From IMG/VR virus record IMGVR_UViG_3300019776_000961, positions 64,001-128,000 of that record: DNA of 64,000 nucleotides. One strand, given 5' to 3'. A program made the translations under genes and the position numbers. Shown piece after piece: positions 19,801 through 28,930 of the stretch. Within the stretch, counting starts at the first letter, position 1. The number at the start of each line of letters is the position of its first letter. The stretch is from a virus. The notes beneath the pieces were generated by a model, which had not been told where the DNA came from, searched no databases, and saw only the letters and a program-made list of their open reading frames with translations.

Positions 19801-20356
19801 GACGTAAGTGTGACCATTTGTCTTGATCTAGTTGTTGCTTATAAACATAATCACCTGCGGCACCAGAAGCGTAGAGATTTATAGTGATACCACCGCTAGC
19901 ACTCAGTGCACTATATGATTGCCAACTATTGCGTGAGAAGATAGTAAGAGGATCGCCTATTTTACTCGCTGGTACGTCATAGACAAACTTTCCATATGTA
20001 TCCCATTGTAAGGTATCTGCAATAAAATCATAAATTTTTATTTCAGGCGAATATGTACTGTCATATGCCTTACCTGTATCATCAAAAATTGTTAGTGTTA
20101 CATTATAACTACCAGGAAAAACATAATTATGTACAGCGGTAAGTTCAGAGGAAAACGTACCGTCACCGAAGTTCCATTTTATAAGCTTATTACTGATAGA
20201 ACCGGCAGAAGAAAGAATATCTGATGTAGTTAAATCAGGAACAAACGTTAGCGGTGTTTGCGGAAGTGTATAAGAAGAAAGAACACGGCTTCCTGTGTAA
20301 TCTAACACATTAAAATAGATATATGTTGTATTGAGTGTGTTAGCTTTAGTAGCCAT
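16859..20356 (-). CDS. Baseplate/tail protein: PKD domain, NHL/Vgb-like beta-propeller and gp7/gpI-like C-terminal region
   Basis: WNFGDGT...HNYVFPGSYNVTLTI (PKD); repeats such as PSNIALDSDSNIWVA, PSSVDTDLTNNVWAT, ITIDGSQNAWIS and IACDTAGYLWAI; follows gp6. Confidence 0.65.
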   Translation of the reverse strand: MATKANTLNTTYIYFNVLDYTGSRVLSSYTLPQTPLTFVPDLTTSDILSSAGSISNKLIKWNFGDGTFSSELTAVHNYVFPGSYNVTLTIFDDTGKAYDSTYSPEIKIYDFIADTLQWDTYGKFVYDVPASKIGDPLTIFSRNSWQSYSALSASGGITINLYASGAAGDYVYKQQLDQDKWSHLRLLSRFYEKQFINGNLQYVQVESISANIDEIFARIADNKLQICNQADTGSFFVGTTGANQIYYVDDRAKNFTSREPPIFLFATFDNALFEDSFSERRHIFNYIDYPPYGVQNFQPSVLPIIKIRQDPAAYLSITTTGIDGEGTLSSTAFDIPSISWQCTEIPFVIKFKDDQNFTTKTYPPLSSSTTGSILSSVTALNVNMGIIYTDDDGNVNTLTDVKFYDDFSSDIPQSVGGFYKGYFISNQATNFCTLTASVTVVEQANFPKDSLVGWVSIPQYGYLYRIFKEQIFSSCYGTLTETLTSSSLYTNSSGNNNTLAICVAPSGAGKGNDFQTWFADSINDTVFKIDVYGQTLSSISLSAAKTLINNVGTVSIVDYRDPELQCASPSNIALDSDSNIWVALCDSGYLIKIDGINGNVISIANSPTSNVHYFLSSYGFAPALSGFAGEGLFLPSSVDTDLTNNVWATYSHPVSNILVKYDTYGTLLTVIPFPPVIAPIETCIDRNGYIYVTTFNHNASSASFAGRNDYLYKFDKDGNIYPGYPIGGFRMIDNITIDGSQNAWISHDRETITKVDHFTNNKTDFIAGSGHNQTDYICSLNGIACDTAGYLWAINNYDKQIYVVDTLGDPDSNKPYIVNQLPLALPPNTTNYPLSDFELNQFQAYGDWFGTRWINKYMQVTSIIRTITGSSATFNIYPSGGHYGVMKINEDFDAHSFYNSLRFQEVLLDKQIFFDQFLKSIVGDIKAQPYELGKEIYERVANFVDNRANIETCNIDALVSLCNELSIQYEQYNYPFPPQFKRVVDMLSISHKRLWGDKNSFNENFKNYGTYPPQPTSNYGVNLGEQISTVTGIISTGVPVVAYELFSGIYSIVNFSGIPGVTAFYTPLPLSSYNYNWGWGLVAPSTVSGVDIDAYYNFYTYIPPTTAWYYNNIIDWKNPLTTLSPYNSAYSTWSIDNGIMQNIISYELTKGLRLFTSAADITYNN

Positions 20357-20366
20357 CTTTGTTTAA

Positions 20367-22214
20367 TTAATACGATTGCTGGGCAGTTACAACAATCTTG
20401 TTTACAAAAGCCGATGCTTCATTTAAATAAGGAAACTTAAAATAGGGAAGGTGAATATTCTGTGTAACAATTTGTATATCGTTATATGGATATACAGGAT
20501 TATAAAGCACAAAACTAACACCAGGTACGGTGTATGTATTACCGTCTAGACCAACAGTTGTAGTTGCAATATTAACGACACCAGGAATCGCGAGAATATT
20601 ATTTGTAATATCAGAAATATTAACAAGTAGACCAAGGTTATTATTTAAAGTAGAGAAGTAATCTGTAAAAACTGCAGCAACCTGTTGTGCAATACTATTT
20701 GGATTTACTTTTGATGTAATATCACGTGTAATATTAAGAGTTGTATTTGATGCAATTGATGGTGATAAGGTTTGATCAGGTATAGAAACGCCTAGATCAA
20801 ATGCAATATAAACCGGATCATTTATTATGATATCAGACGTTGTTAATTTGACTTGTGCAAGATCATTAATGATTAATTGTTTCTGAGCTGAATTGAGATA
20901 ATTAGCACGAGTTGAAAGAGAGTTAGTTAGTTCAAGCTTTGGTACTGCATACACATATACATTATTTGCATTACTTGAGCTTGAAAAATTAACCTGGTTC
21001 AATAAAACTCTTGATTCATAGTTTGGCTTAGTTATACCTAGATCAAAATAGTATTTTAAATGACCGTTAATATAATCATGATTATTAACAGTAGTAGCGG
21101 ATGCAAGAATATTACTATAATTTTTTAAAATATAATTAGTGAAATCGCTTGCTGTAATTAATCTAAACTGGCTCTTGAATGAATTCTGTGCATTAGCACG
21201 AATACTGTCAGCTGACTCTACATCAACAAATACAGTAGATGGGTTACTATTAGTAAAAGTTAGACTACCTGACTGTCTCTGTGTGAGTAGTCTTACATTA
21301 ACAGGGGTTGTATCAGGTTGTATTGCATTAAATTGTGGTGTCGTATAAAAGAATAGTTTATTACCGTCCAAAACACCTGGACCAATTTCACCTGCTTTAC
21401 CAGATGATTGCAAGTAGTATATAGCTACCTGATCACCAGGATTTAATTGTTTACCTGTAACATTATTACCAAATTTAAATTCATAGCGTAAGTTTTCATT
21501 TAAACGCTTTTCGTAGACTTTAGAATCTGCTCTTTCCAGGAAAACAGATGGTGTAGTGGAATACAGCTCCCACTTTGGATTCGATACAGTATTATCCTTT
21601 ACATAGATATCAATATTAAAGTGATCTATTGTTGGGTTACCACCTTGTAGATTAATGTTTGTGAGCGTTATTGTTTCAAACGGTTCACCTGTTGCAGTAT
21701 AGATAGGGTATTCACGATAGATGCCCTGAAATAAAAGATTATTATTAGAAAAATCGGTCAGTGTCTCATATTGACCATCGAGTGTTTTTACAAACGTTAC
21801 ATCAGTATTAAACGAATAGTACGTACCATTTACTGTAAAGTAGGTATATCGTGGTATTGTGTATGTACCAGATGGTAGTGTTGTATCAGCAGCCGCGTTA
21901 AATGAAAGAGTAGGTGTCTGGTAACCGACGGGAGAGTATCCTATTAAGTTAACAATTTTATTAATATTTTCATAAAGCTCAGCTGTAGTGAAAGTACTCT
22001 CCGAACCTGTACGGTTTAAATAGAATAAAAGAACATGATATGCATAACCAATAATATCGATAATAGAGGATAGGTTGCTACCCTCATAATTCTGATCAGT
22101 AAAAATATTATTAGCATTGAGACGAGCAATAATAAGATTTTTAAGACTCAAAGCATCGAATGCTGCGTAGCCGTCTATTGGTATATTGAAATCGTCAAAT
22201 TCTGTTGTTGCCAT
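20367..22214 (-). CDS. gp6: Baseplate wedge subunit, T4 gp6-like
   Basis: NYEGSNLSSIIDIIGYAYHVLLFYLN, YEFKFGNNVTGK and RLITASDF; directly downstream of gp25. Confidence 0.9.
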   Translation of the reverse strand: MATTEFDDFNIPIDGYAAFDALSLKNLIIARLNANNIFTDQNYEGSNLSSIIDIIGYAYHVLLFYLNRTGSESTFTTAELYENINKIVNLIGYSPVGYQTPTLSFNAAADTTLPSGTYTIPRYTYFTVNGTYYSFNTDVTFVKTLDGQYETLTDFSNNNLLFQGIYREYPIYTATGEPFETITLTNINLQGGNPTIDHFNIDIYVKDNTVSNPKWELYSTTPSVFLERADSKVYEKRLNENLRYEFKFGNNVTGKQLNPGDQVAIYYLQSSGKAGEIGPGVLDGNKLFFYTTPQFNAIQPDTTPVNVRLLTQRQSGSLTFTNSNPSTVFVDVESADSIRANAQNSFKSQFRLITASDFTNYILKNYSNILASATTVNNHDYINGHLKYYFDLGITKPNYESRVLLNQVNFSSSSNANNVYVYAVPKLELTNSLSTRANYLNSAQKQLIINDLAQVKLTTSDIIINDPVYIAFDLGVSIPDQTLSPSIASNTTLNITRDITSKVNPNSIAQQVAAVFTDYFSTLNNNLGLLVNISDITNNILAIPGVVNIATTTVGLDGNTYTVPGVSFVLYNPVYPYNDIQIVTQNIHLPYFKFPYLNEASAFVNKIVVTAQQSY

Positions 22215-22219
22215 ATATG

Positions 22220-22702
22220 TTAATTATTATTAAAGTAAAACCCTGAAGTACTTAATGTACCAACTAGTTGAAAGCTATTAGGGCCAATTTGTGGGACTGA
22301 AATAACAAGCGTAATACTAAATGTCTGGGTGTCAGTATATGCAATAACATTAATTTGTAGTATCTTGATACGTGGCTCCCACTTAGTAAGACCTGCTTGT
22401 ATTTCCTGTCCAATTAAAGTTGCGGTTACGGTATCACAAGGTCTAAAGAGATACTGCATAAGATTTAAACCAAAGGCCGGGTTTAATATCTTTTGCCCGG
22501 GTAGAGTTGTAAAAATATTGAAGATTGAATTCTTTATTGCAGCATAATCATAATCTCCAACTATATCCTTGACCTCTGGTCGCTTGAGAAGTTGATTATT
22601 ACGAGTATATGAGTACTTTAGATCAAGATGAAGATCCTTATATGTAAAGCCATCAGCGTTTTTTGGTGGTGCAGCCAACGATTGAATTGCAATACTTGCC
22701 AT
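22220..22702 (-). CDS. gp25: Baseplate wedge subunit, T4 gp25-like
   Basis: AIKNSIFNIFTTLPGQKILNPAFGLNLMQYLF and KWEPRIKI are GPW/gp25 signatures. Confidence 0.9.
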   Translation of the reverse strand: MASIAIQSLAAPPKNADGFTYKDLHLDLKYSYTRNNQLLKRPEVKDIVGDYDYAAIKNSIFNIFTTLPGQKILNPAFGLNLMQYLFRPCDTVTATLIGQEIQAGLTKWEPRIKILQINVIAYTDTQTFSITLVISVPQIGPNSFQLVGTLSTSGFYFNNN

Positions 22703-22707
22703 ATAAA

Positions 22708-22713
22708 TATTTA
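22708..22713 (-). promoter_or_regulatory. T4-late-like promoter box (gp25)
   Basis: TAAATA, then 5 nt, then ATG at 22702. Confidence 0.7.
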
Positions 22714-22759
22714 TGAGGTTTTTGATGTTTCAATCAACAGTTCTAACACCCTAAATTAA

Positions 22760-22765
22760 TAAATA
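22760..22765 (+). promoter_or_regulatory. T4-late-like promoter box
   Basis: TAAATA, then 6 nt, then ATG at 22772. Confidence 0.65.
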
Positions 22766-22771
22766 ATTACG

Positions 22772-23371
22772 ATGAATAAAAGGTTTTTAAAATTATACGA
22801 GAGTACATTAACAAGATACAATCATAGTGGTTTTCTTGCTGGCGATGTAGTTAAATTCGTAGATAACGCTCTTAATGATCCTTGCTTCAAGCAGGTACAA
22901 GATGAATACAAGAAACAAGTAGAAGATCTTATCAAGAGTGGTAAAAACCTTCGTGTTGTAAATGTTAAGTCAACAATACCTGCTGTAATGGGTGCAGGTA
23001 ATCCGGATGACAATGGTTTTTCCTTCTATGTTGAAGTTGGTGAAGATCAGGGTGGTGCACGCATTACCGGTACAGTAACAGTACCACAAAATCTTCTAGT
23101 TCGTGTTAACGACTACCCAAACCTCCCTAAGGTACCTGATCAGTTTAAGTATCAGGATAAGTCACATATCGATCCCAAGGAAGTAAAGGATGAAGCTGAA
23201 GAAACACCGTTCTATTCACCAGGTAGAACACGTACAGCAGACCTTGGCAATAAGAAAGATACTAAGTCAGAAACATCACTCGGTAATAAGAACGTAGTAA
23301 TCCCAAGTTCACCCGCTGTTGGACATAAAGACCCAGCGAATTACGTAGCAAATTACCTACCTAAGCACTAA
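22772..23371 (+). CDS. Late hypothetical protein
   Basis: 199 aa; TAAATA 6 nt upstream; N-terminus MNKRFLKLYES. Confidence 0.75.
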   Translation: MNKRFLKLYESTLTRYNHSGFLAGDVVKFVDNALNDPCFKQVQDEYKKQVEDLIKSGKNLRVVNVKSTIPAVMGAGNPDDNGFSFYVEVGEDQGGARITGTVTVPQNLLVRVNDYPNLPKVPDQFKYQDKSHIDPKEVKDEAEETPFYSPGRTRTADLGNKKDTKSETSLGNKNVVIPSSPAVGHKDPANYVANYLPKH

Positions 23372-24294
23372 ACCTTGCTTAGAAGAATTAAGCATGTATA
23401 GCAGTTGATCTCTTGATCGACTACAAAACTTGACCTATAGATATATTCTGCTATCGTTATTAAGCAGTATTTTTTATACTCTACATCCTGTTCTTCCTTG
23501 TCGATAAAGTTAAAAAGATTACGAAGCAATGAAACATAATCAGCATTAAAAAGATGCTCGTTTTCAATTAATGCCTTACGTAATGTAATAACATTCTTAT
23601 TCTTAATTTCTTTGTAAATAAGTTTCAGAGTATCGTCGTTTTTTACGTCAATTAGATTAAGTCCTCCTGTGGAGGAATACTTTTGAAGTTCATTGATACA
23701 TTTTCTAAGATCAGGGTAGTTGGCTTTAATAAGCTCTATGAACTTTACTTTCTGATCATTAGGTATATCTATACCTTCATGCTTTAATATCAAAGCACAA
23801 CGCTTTACTACTGCTTCAAGAGGTGGTGTTAAATCAAAGCTCTGACAGCGACTCTGTAGAGCAGGAATAACTCTATACTTGTAGTTTGCAGTCAGAATAA
23901 AGCGGGTAATCTTTGCGAATTCTTCCATTGTATTACGAAGTACGCGTTGTGCATCAATAGATAGACCGTCTGCTTCGTCGAGAATAATAACCTTAACTTT
24001 ACCGTCAATACTCTTTGTCTGCGCAAAGCTTGTTACCTTAGTGCGGATAGTATCAATACCGTTTTCATCAGATGCGTTAATATAAAGATACTGGCAACCA
24101 AGAAGATCATTAACAATAATCTTTGCAAGAGAAGTCTTACCGAGACCGGGTGTACCAATAAAGAGAAGATTAGGTATTTCTTCCTTTATCTTAAAAGTAG
24201 CGAAGAGCTCCTTATTAGTTTCCGTACCAATAAAGTCTTCAAGAGTCTTAGGTCGGTATTTTTCGACCCATAGTGAATTAAAATCGTTACTCAT
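23368..24294 (-). CDS. gp44: Clamp loader large subunit (gp44 / RFC-like AAA+)
   Basis: LWVEKYRP, GTPGLGKT (Walker A), INASDENGIDTIR, ILDEAD, AQRVLR and LQSRC. Start MSNDF at 24294. Confidence 0.95.
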   Translation of the reverse strand: MSNDFNSLWVEKYRPKTLEDFIGTETNKELFATFKIKEEIPNLLFIGTPGLGKTSLAKIIVNDLLGCQYLYINASDENGIDTIRTKVTSFAQTKSIDGKVKVIILDEADGLSIDAQRVLRNTMEEFAKITRFILTANYKYRVIPALQSRCQSFDLTPPLEAVVKRCALILKHEGIDIPNDQKVKFIELIKANYPDLRKCINELQKYSSTGGLNLIDVKNDDTLKLIYKEIKNKNVITLRKALIENEHLFNADYVSLLRNLFNFIDKEEQDVEYKKYCLITIAEYIYRSSFVVDQEINCYTCLILLSKV

Positions 24295-24295
24295 A

Positions 24296-24757
24296 TTATT
24301 TGCCTGAAGAACCGAAGCCTTTTTCTCCTCGATCTGATTCTTCAACCTTACCCCATTCAACAGGCATATGTATATTAAAGTAGATTACAAATTGTGCAAT
24401 ACGATCACCTGCTTTTACCTCGTAATCAACATCAGTATGATTGTATAGCTTGATACCTGCATCGCCACGATACCCGCTATCGATAATACCAGGGTGAGCT
24501 GAAATACCGTGCTTAAAGCCTAGACCGGATCTTGATTCTACCTTAACCCAATAACCTTCAGGTATATATGCGAACTTAAGCCCAACACTCACAACCTTAC
24601 TACCACGTGCAGGTACAACAGCATCCTCAACGCTATATACATCATAGCCTGTATCGGATTCATGATTCTTTGAAGGAAGCTTGGCTAGATCATGCGTCTT
24701 TTCAAATTTAAGAGTAGGCATATATTGCGGAGTTACGAAAGGCGTGTTTTGATACAT
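24296..24757 (-). CDS. dut: dUTPase (trimeric type)
   Basis: GYDV, RSGLG, GIIDSGYRG, RIAQ and RGEKGFGSSG (motifs I-V). Confidence 0.96.
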   Translation of the reverse strand: MYQNTPFVTPQYMPTLKFEKTHDLAKLPSKNHESDTGYDVYSVEDAVVPARGSKVVSVGLKFAYIPEGYWVKVESRSGLGFKHGISAHPGIIDSGYRGDAGIKLYNHTDVDYEVKAGDRIAQFVIYFNIHMPVEWGKVEESDRGEKGFGSSGK

Positions 24758-24764
24758 ATAACAT

Positions 24765-24792
24765 ATAATAAATAGACTTTATAAAAAATCAA
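24765..24792 (-). promoter_or_regulatory. Sigma70-like early promoter (dut-gp44)
   Basis: TTGATT-N16-TATTAT, then 7 nt, then ATG at 24757. Confidence 0.65.
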
Positions 24793-24814
24793 CCGGGATT
24801 AAATATTTTTTACA

Positions 24815-25282
24815 ATGGACGAAAATATAAATGATACGATAGGTGATATTATAGAGCAGCTGCAGAGCAATAATAAGCAAGTTGTTGAAGCACGTGTAGA
24901 ACGCGATCCTCTTAAAAAAGAGGAATTAGAAGACTTTGTTATTAAGAAGGGCGGTGAGCTAATACAAGACGCATTGGAGATGGTACAGACTATACGTAAT
25001 GACGTTGCTGCAGCACCAGATGATAAAAATATAGAAGCATTTGCCTCTTTAATATCAGCAACCGCTAATGCTATTGATACTTTAAATAGAAATCTAATTT
25101 CTGCTAAAAAGAACGAAACTACTGTTGCTGTAAAAAAGATGGATATTGACTCAAGAAAAGAACTACAAGCGGCAGAAAGTGAGACCAAGCTCGCACTCAC
25201 ACGTGAAGAAATTTTTAAGATGCTTATTAATAATGCTAAGCCAATAGAGGCAGAGATTGTAAGCAATAAACGTATTGAGTAG
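24815..25282 (+). CDS. Helical late protein, possible terminase small subunit (gp16-like)
   Basis: NIEAFASLISATANAIDTLNRNLISAKK...LTREEIFKML recalls the gp16 pattern EV...LI...A....KL...STxELxK; size 155 aa; late box upstream. Confidence 0.4.
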   Translation: MDENINDTIGDIIEQLQSNNKQVVEARVERDPLKKEELEDFVIKKGGELIQDALEMVQTIRNDVAAAPDDKNIEAFASLISATANAIDTLNRNLISAKKNETTVAVKKMDIDSRKELQAAESETKLALTREEIFKMLINNAKPIEAEIVSNKRIE

Positions 25283-25286
25283 ACTA

Positions 25287-28200
25287 TTATTTAAATAACT
25301 GTGGTACTCCTTTAATCGGTTTACCGTTTTTCTTCTGCTGATTAACAGCATTACAGGTAAGAATTTCATTCCAAATCTTAGCCCAATAAGCCTGAATTTC
25401 CATTTCAATTTGTTTAATAAGTGCTTTAATTAGCTTCTCAGGATTAAATTTATCAACAAGATCAGTGAAGAATTTCTTTATAGATCTCCATAACTTACTT
25501 GGTAGATCCTTAATATTAAACTTTGTCTTATAAAGCAACATAATTTCATTGATTAACGGCCAGGCAAATGTTGGTAATTGGAAGTCACATATTATCTGGT
25601 TAATCTGTTTTGCTATATCTTGTATAGTGTTTAATGAACTAATAGACAGACGGTCACCTGTTGAAGCAATTGATCCTGCTAACTTTGCAATATCACCGAG
25701 TGATCCTAGATTTACACTCGGTATTATACCAGATATATTGATATCAATATCATTAAGAGGATTAACGGCATTGAGAAGACTACCTGTACTCAATCCGCCT
25801 AATCCAAGATTACTTACAGCAGAGTTATAAATGCCTGTTGCACCATTAGCGGCACCTAAAATATTTATAGGTAGACGCGATGCTGCAATACTCACTAATG
25901 AACCAAGACCTGAAGTGAGTGTACTCGTTGTTAGAGCGTTCTGTGATGCTACTTGCTGGAGCTGTTGTAGTGCAACAGCAGCGAGTTTATTGTTAGCAAT
26001 GCTACCACCGCCTAGACTATTAATAATTCCAGTAAAATTGCTAGCTAGGAAATTACTATTATTAATATTTGGTAATAATTTACCTGCAGCTTGTAGTGTA
26101 AGTATAAATGCATTTAATGACTGACCTGGTGTACCACTTGTTAATCTTAATTTGCTTATTGAAGAATTAGCTACGAGATTAATCATAGCTTTGTTTAAGT
26201 CATAATTTGACTTGACAATTTTCTTTAACAAGTAATCAACATCAATAAAATTAGGCCTACCATTGATATCCTCAACACGAATTCTAAATGCAACTGGTTT
26301 AACAAGTTGTCTATTACTATATGGTTTAGCGGATGATGCAATAGGTGTAGGTGTAATGGGGGTAATAGGTTGAAGTGAACCTGCGAGTCCCGCAGCAACT
26401 AAGGCTGCACCTTGTGCTGTACCTCCTGTAGGTGCTGGTGGATTTAAACTAGCAACAGGATTAGTTATACCTTGTCCTATCGGTTGTAAGTTTGATGCTG
26501 TAGGTGTAAATGATTGTGAAGCTTGTGCAGTAGCCGTGGTTTGTGAAACAGTAGGTGCTACAGCTGTTGCTGTACCGTTCTGTATATTAGCAAGATTTTG
26601 GGCTGATTGACCTGTGACATTAACAGGTTGAAAATTTAATATAGTACCGCTACTATTTAGTGATTTAAAATAATTAGTCAGTGTAGGATCATTACCTGAA
26701 TAAAAATCAACAGCTCCAGCTGAACTCTGTCCCTTGATAAGAGCAGACTGACCTGTATCTGCTACGCGGAAATAGCCATTATTATTACCTATAGGGTTAC
26801 CTTGTGAGTCGGTAACATATATGATAGAACGAGGCGGGTAATTGTATGAACCATTACTCGGTACACCTATATCAAATCCTGGTACTAGCGAACCTACATA
26901 TGCACCTTGTGTAGTATTTGCGAGTGTTAATGGAGAATTATTACCCGCAGCAGTAAATTTAATACCATATAAATTAAAAAGCGAACCTGTATTGGCAGGA
27001 TTAGCATATGTATTAGAAATACTATCAAGTTGATCTTGTGTTAAATTATATTTTTGTAACCAATACGCTGTTGCATCCGCAGGTCTTTCTGTTGGCTTTG
27101 TATCAAGATATGTTGTAAAATCAGTATACACAGAGCCATATATGGAAACTGTGTGTTGTGAAGGACTGCCGACATTATTTGTATCTCCAGAATTAATAGT
27201 CGGTGCTGTAGGTGTAACACCTGCAGGGAGAGTTGGTATCACACCGGAAAAACCGCTGCGAGCAAGAGCTGTACTTGCTACACTGCCACCCTGCAGGGCA
27301 AGCGCACTATTTAAAGAATAGAGTTCATTGGTACTCTTATATAATTGATTGGCAATATTTGCATCCTGGAGTGCAGCAGTATTAACAGTATCAATTTGTT
27401 TCTGAATTGCATCAACATTAAGATTGCCTGCATTAATATCTGTACTACCTGGTGTCACAGTAAAGTCACGGTCGTAACCATTAATAGGTGCATAGATATC
27501 ACGTAAATTCATTGCACATTTATTACCAATATTACTAATAAAATTAACAAACTGTAACAGCTTACCGCCGTATGCAGATATAATACCACCGAGAGCTGCA
27601 GTACGTGCACCGACAGATACTTTTTTTGCAAAATCAACAAAAAATGCAATATCATTTACAAGATTTTGACCATGAGCTACTCTTGAACTAATTTTTAAAT
27701 TTTCTTGATATGTAGGGTTATAATAAGCAACACCCATTAAATTTCTTCTATAGATAGCTGTATTATGCTTACTAAGATTATAAATTAAATTACGGGCAGT
27801 TGGTCCAATTTTATTTTCCATATTAGCACTAAATGGAATCGGTACACCGTAGAATTGTTGCGCGACATCAAAAATAGGTTGCGTAGAATCTAGCTGGTGA
27901 TATTTGCTATTTGCCAATAAACCAATACTATCACTTACACAAGTAAAAAATGAATTAAGATTTGTCTTGTATTTACTAACTGCAGATTTAACAGATGGCT
28001 GTGATTGAATAGAGGTACTAGTATAACGCGATGCGGCAGAAGCACCGAGCGATGCAAAATCGGTTATCTCTGGAATCTGCATATGTTTTCTAACCCAGTA
28101 CCAAATTGAATCAACAGAAAAACCACCGCCTGGGGCACCAGTAAAGAATTTTTCTTCTACACCTCTGTAAAATTGTATTAAATCATTTAAAGGTGTTCCG

Positions 28201-28928
28201 CCCTTAAATGCATTTCGATATTGTATGGCGGCACTAACTTCATATGTTGTAACAGATGGAAGAACAGCAAAATATGATGTAGAATTTGGATCGGATAAGC
28301 GTGTAGTTTTATTAGTGATATTAATATCAGCTAAATCAGGAATCGATGTTACAACATTATAGTTAAAAGGTCGTGTTGTTTGTTCTTGTGCGTTTACAGC
28401 GCCGCTTACTATAGCGTTTTGTAATGTGGCAATATCACTCTGTGTGATATTAGGATTAATATTAGTATCGGTTAGCTGTTGTACAGCTCCTGCATCTGTC
28501 TGCGCAGTAGAATTAGGAACCGGTGCTACCGTTGGATCAGCTGCTCCTGTTGTATCACTATTGGGTACAGGGGGTGTTGGTAGAATAGGTGGAGGAACCG
28601 GTATAACCGCTGTATTATCAGCAGATTGCGGTGTATCGCTTTGATTAGGTAAGTCAGAAACCGGTGTATCGGCTGGAAATCCTGGTTCTGTTGGCAGACT
28701 ACCGGTTATGATTCCATTGCTCGTAGGAGGTGTTAATGTAAAACTATTATTAAAAGGTGCTACGGGAGTAGGAACTGGTTGTGTGCCTGTACCGTCTTTA
28801 TTTACATTCTCAAGATTTGTAACAGGGACACCTGCACCAAATACACTCACAACACCCTGACCGGTAGGATCAGGTGTATTTAACGGAGGATAAAACGGTG
28901 GAATTAAAGGTTGTTCTTTGTCAGCCAT
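25287..28928 (-). CDS. Large Pro/Thr/Ser-rich tail-associated protein with a 3D-like (Asp-Asp-Asp) peptidoglycan-hydrolase domain
   Basis: YPPRSIIYV...YFRVADTGQSALIKG...AVDFY at about 26700-26900; follows the gp27-like hub gene. Confidence 0.55.
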   Translation of the reverse strand: MADKEQPLIPPFYPPLNTPDPTGQGVVSVFGAGVPVTNLENVNKDGTGTQPVPTPVAPFNNSFTLTPPTSNGIITGSLPTEPGFPADTPVSDLPNQSDTPQSADNTAVIPVPPPILPTPPVPNSDTTGAADPTVAPVPNSTAQTDAGAVQQLTDTNINPNITQSDIATLQNAIVSGAVNAQEQTTRPFNYNVVTSIPDLADINITNKTTRLSDPNSTSYFAVLPSVTTYEVSAAIQYRNAFKGGTPLNDLIQFYRGVEEKFFTGAPGGGFSVDSIWYWVRKHMQIPEITDFASLGASAASRYTSTSIQSQPSVKSAVSKYKTNLNSFFTCVSDSIGLLANSKYHQLDSTQPIFDVAQQFYGVPIPFSANMENKIGPTARNLIYNLSKHNTAIYRRNLMGVAYYNPTYQENLKISSRVAHGQNLVNDIAFFVDFAKKVSVGARTAALGGIISAYGGKLLQFVNFISNIGNKCAMNLRDIYAPINGYDRDFTVTPGSTDINAGNLNVDAIQKQIDTVNTAALQDANIANQLYKSTNELYSLNSALALQGGSVASTALARSGFSGVIPTLPAGVTPTAPTINSGDTNNVGSPSQHTVSIYGSVYTDFTTYLDTKPTERPADATAYWLQKYNLTQDQLDSISNTYANPANTGSLFNLYGIKFTAAGNNSPLTLANTTQGAYVGSLVPGFDIGVPSNGSYNYPPRSIIYVTDSQGNPIGNNNGYFRVADTGQSALIKGQSSAGAVDFYSGNDPTLTNYFKSLNSSGTILNFQPVNVTGQSAQNLANIQNGTATAVAPTVSQTTATAQASQSFTPTASNLQPIGQGITNPVASLNPPAPTGGTAQGAALVAAGLAGSLQPITPITPTPIASSAKPYSNRQLVKPVAFRIRVEDINGRPNFIDVDYLLKKIVKSNYDLNKAMINLVANSSISKLRLTSGTPGQSLNAFILTLQAAGKLLPNINNSNFLASNFTGIINSLGGGSIANNKLAAVALQQLQQVASQNALTTSTLTSGLGSLVSIAASRLPINILGAANGATGIYNSAVSNLGLGGLSTGSLLNAVNPLNDIDINISGIIPSVNLGSLGDIAKLAGSIASTGDRLSISSLNTIQDIAKQINQIICDFQLPTFAWPLINEIMLLYKTKFNIKDLPSKLWRSIKKFFTDLVDKFNPEKLIKALIKQIEMEIQAYWAKIWNEILTCNAVNQQKKNGKPIKGVPQLFK

Positions 28929-28930
28929 AA

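Noticed and set aside
24799-25266. 155-aa minus-strand ORF mirroring the plus-strand gene
   Set aside because: Antisense shadow: Ser/Leu/Phe-rich with no motif, while the plus-strand ORF has a late box and natural composition.
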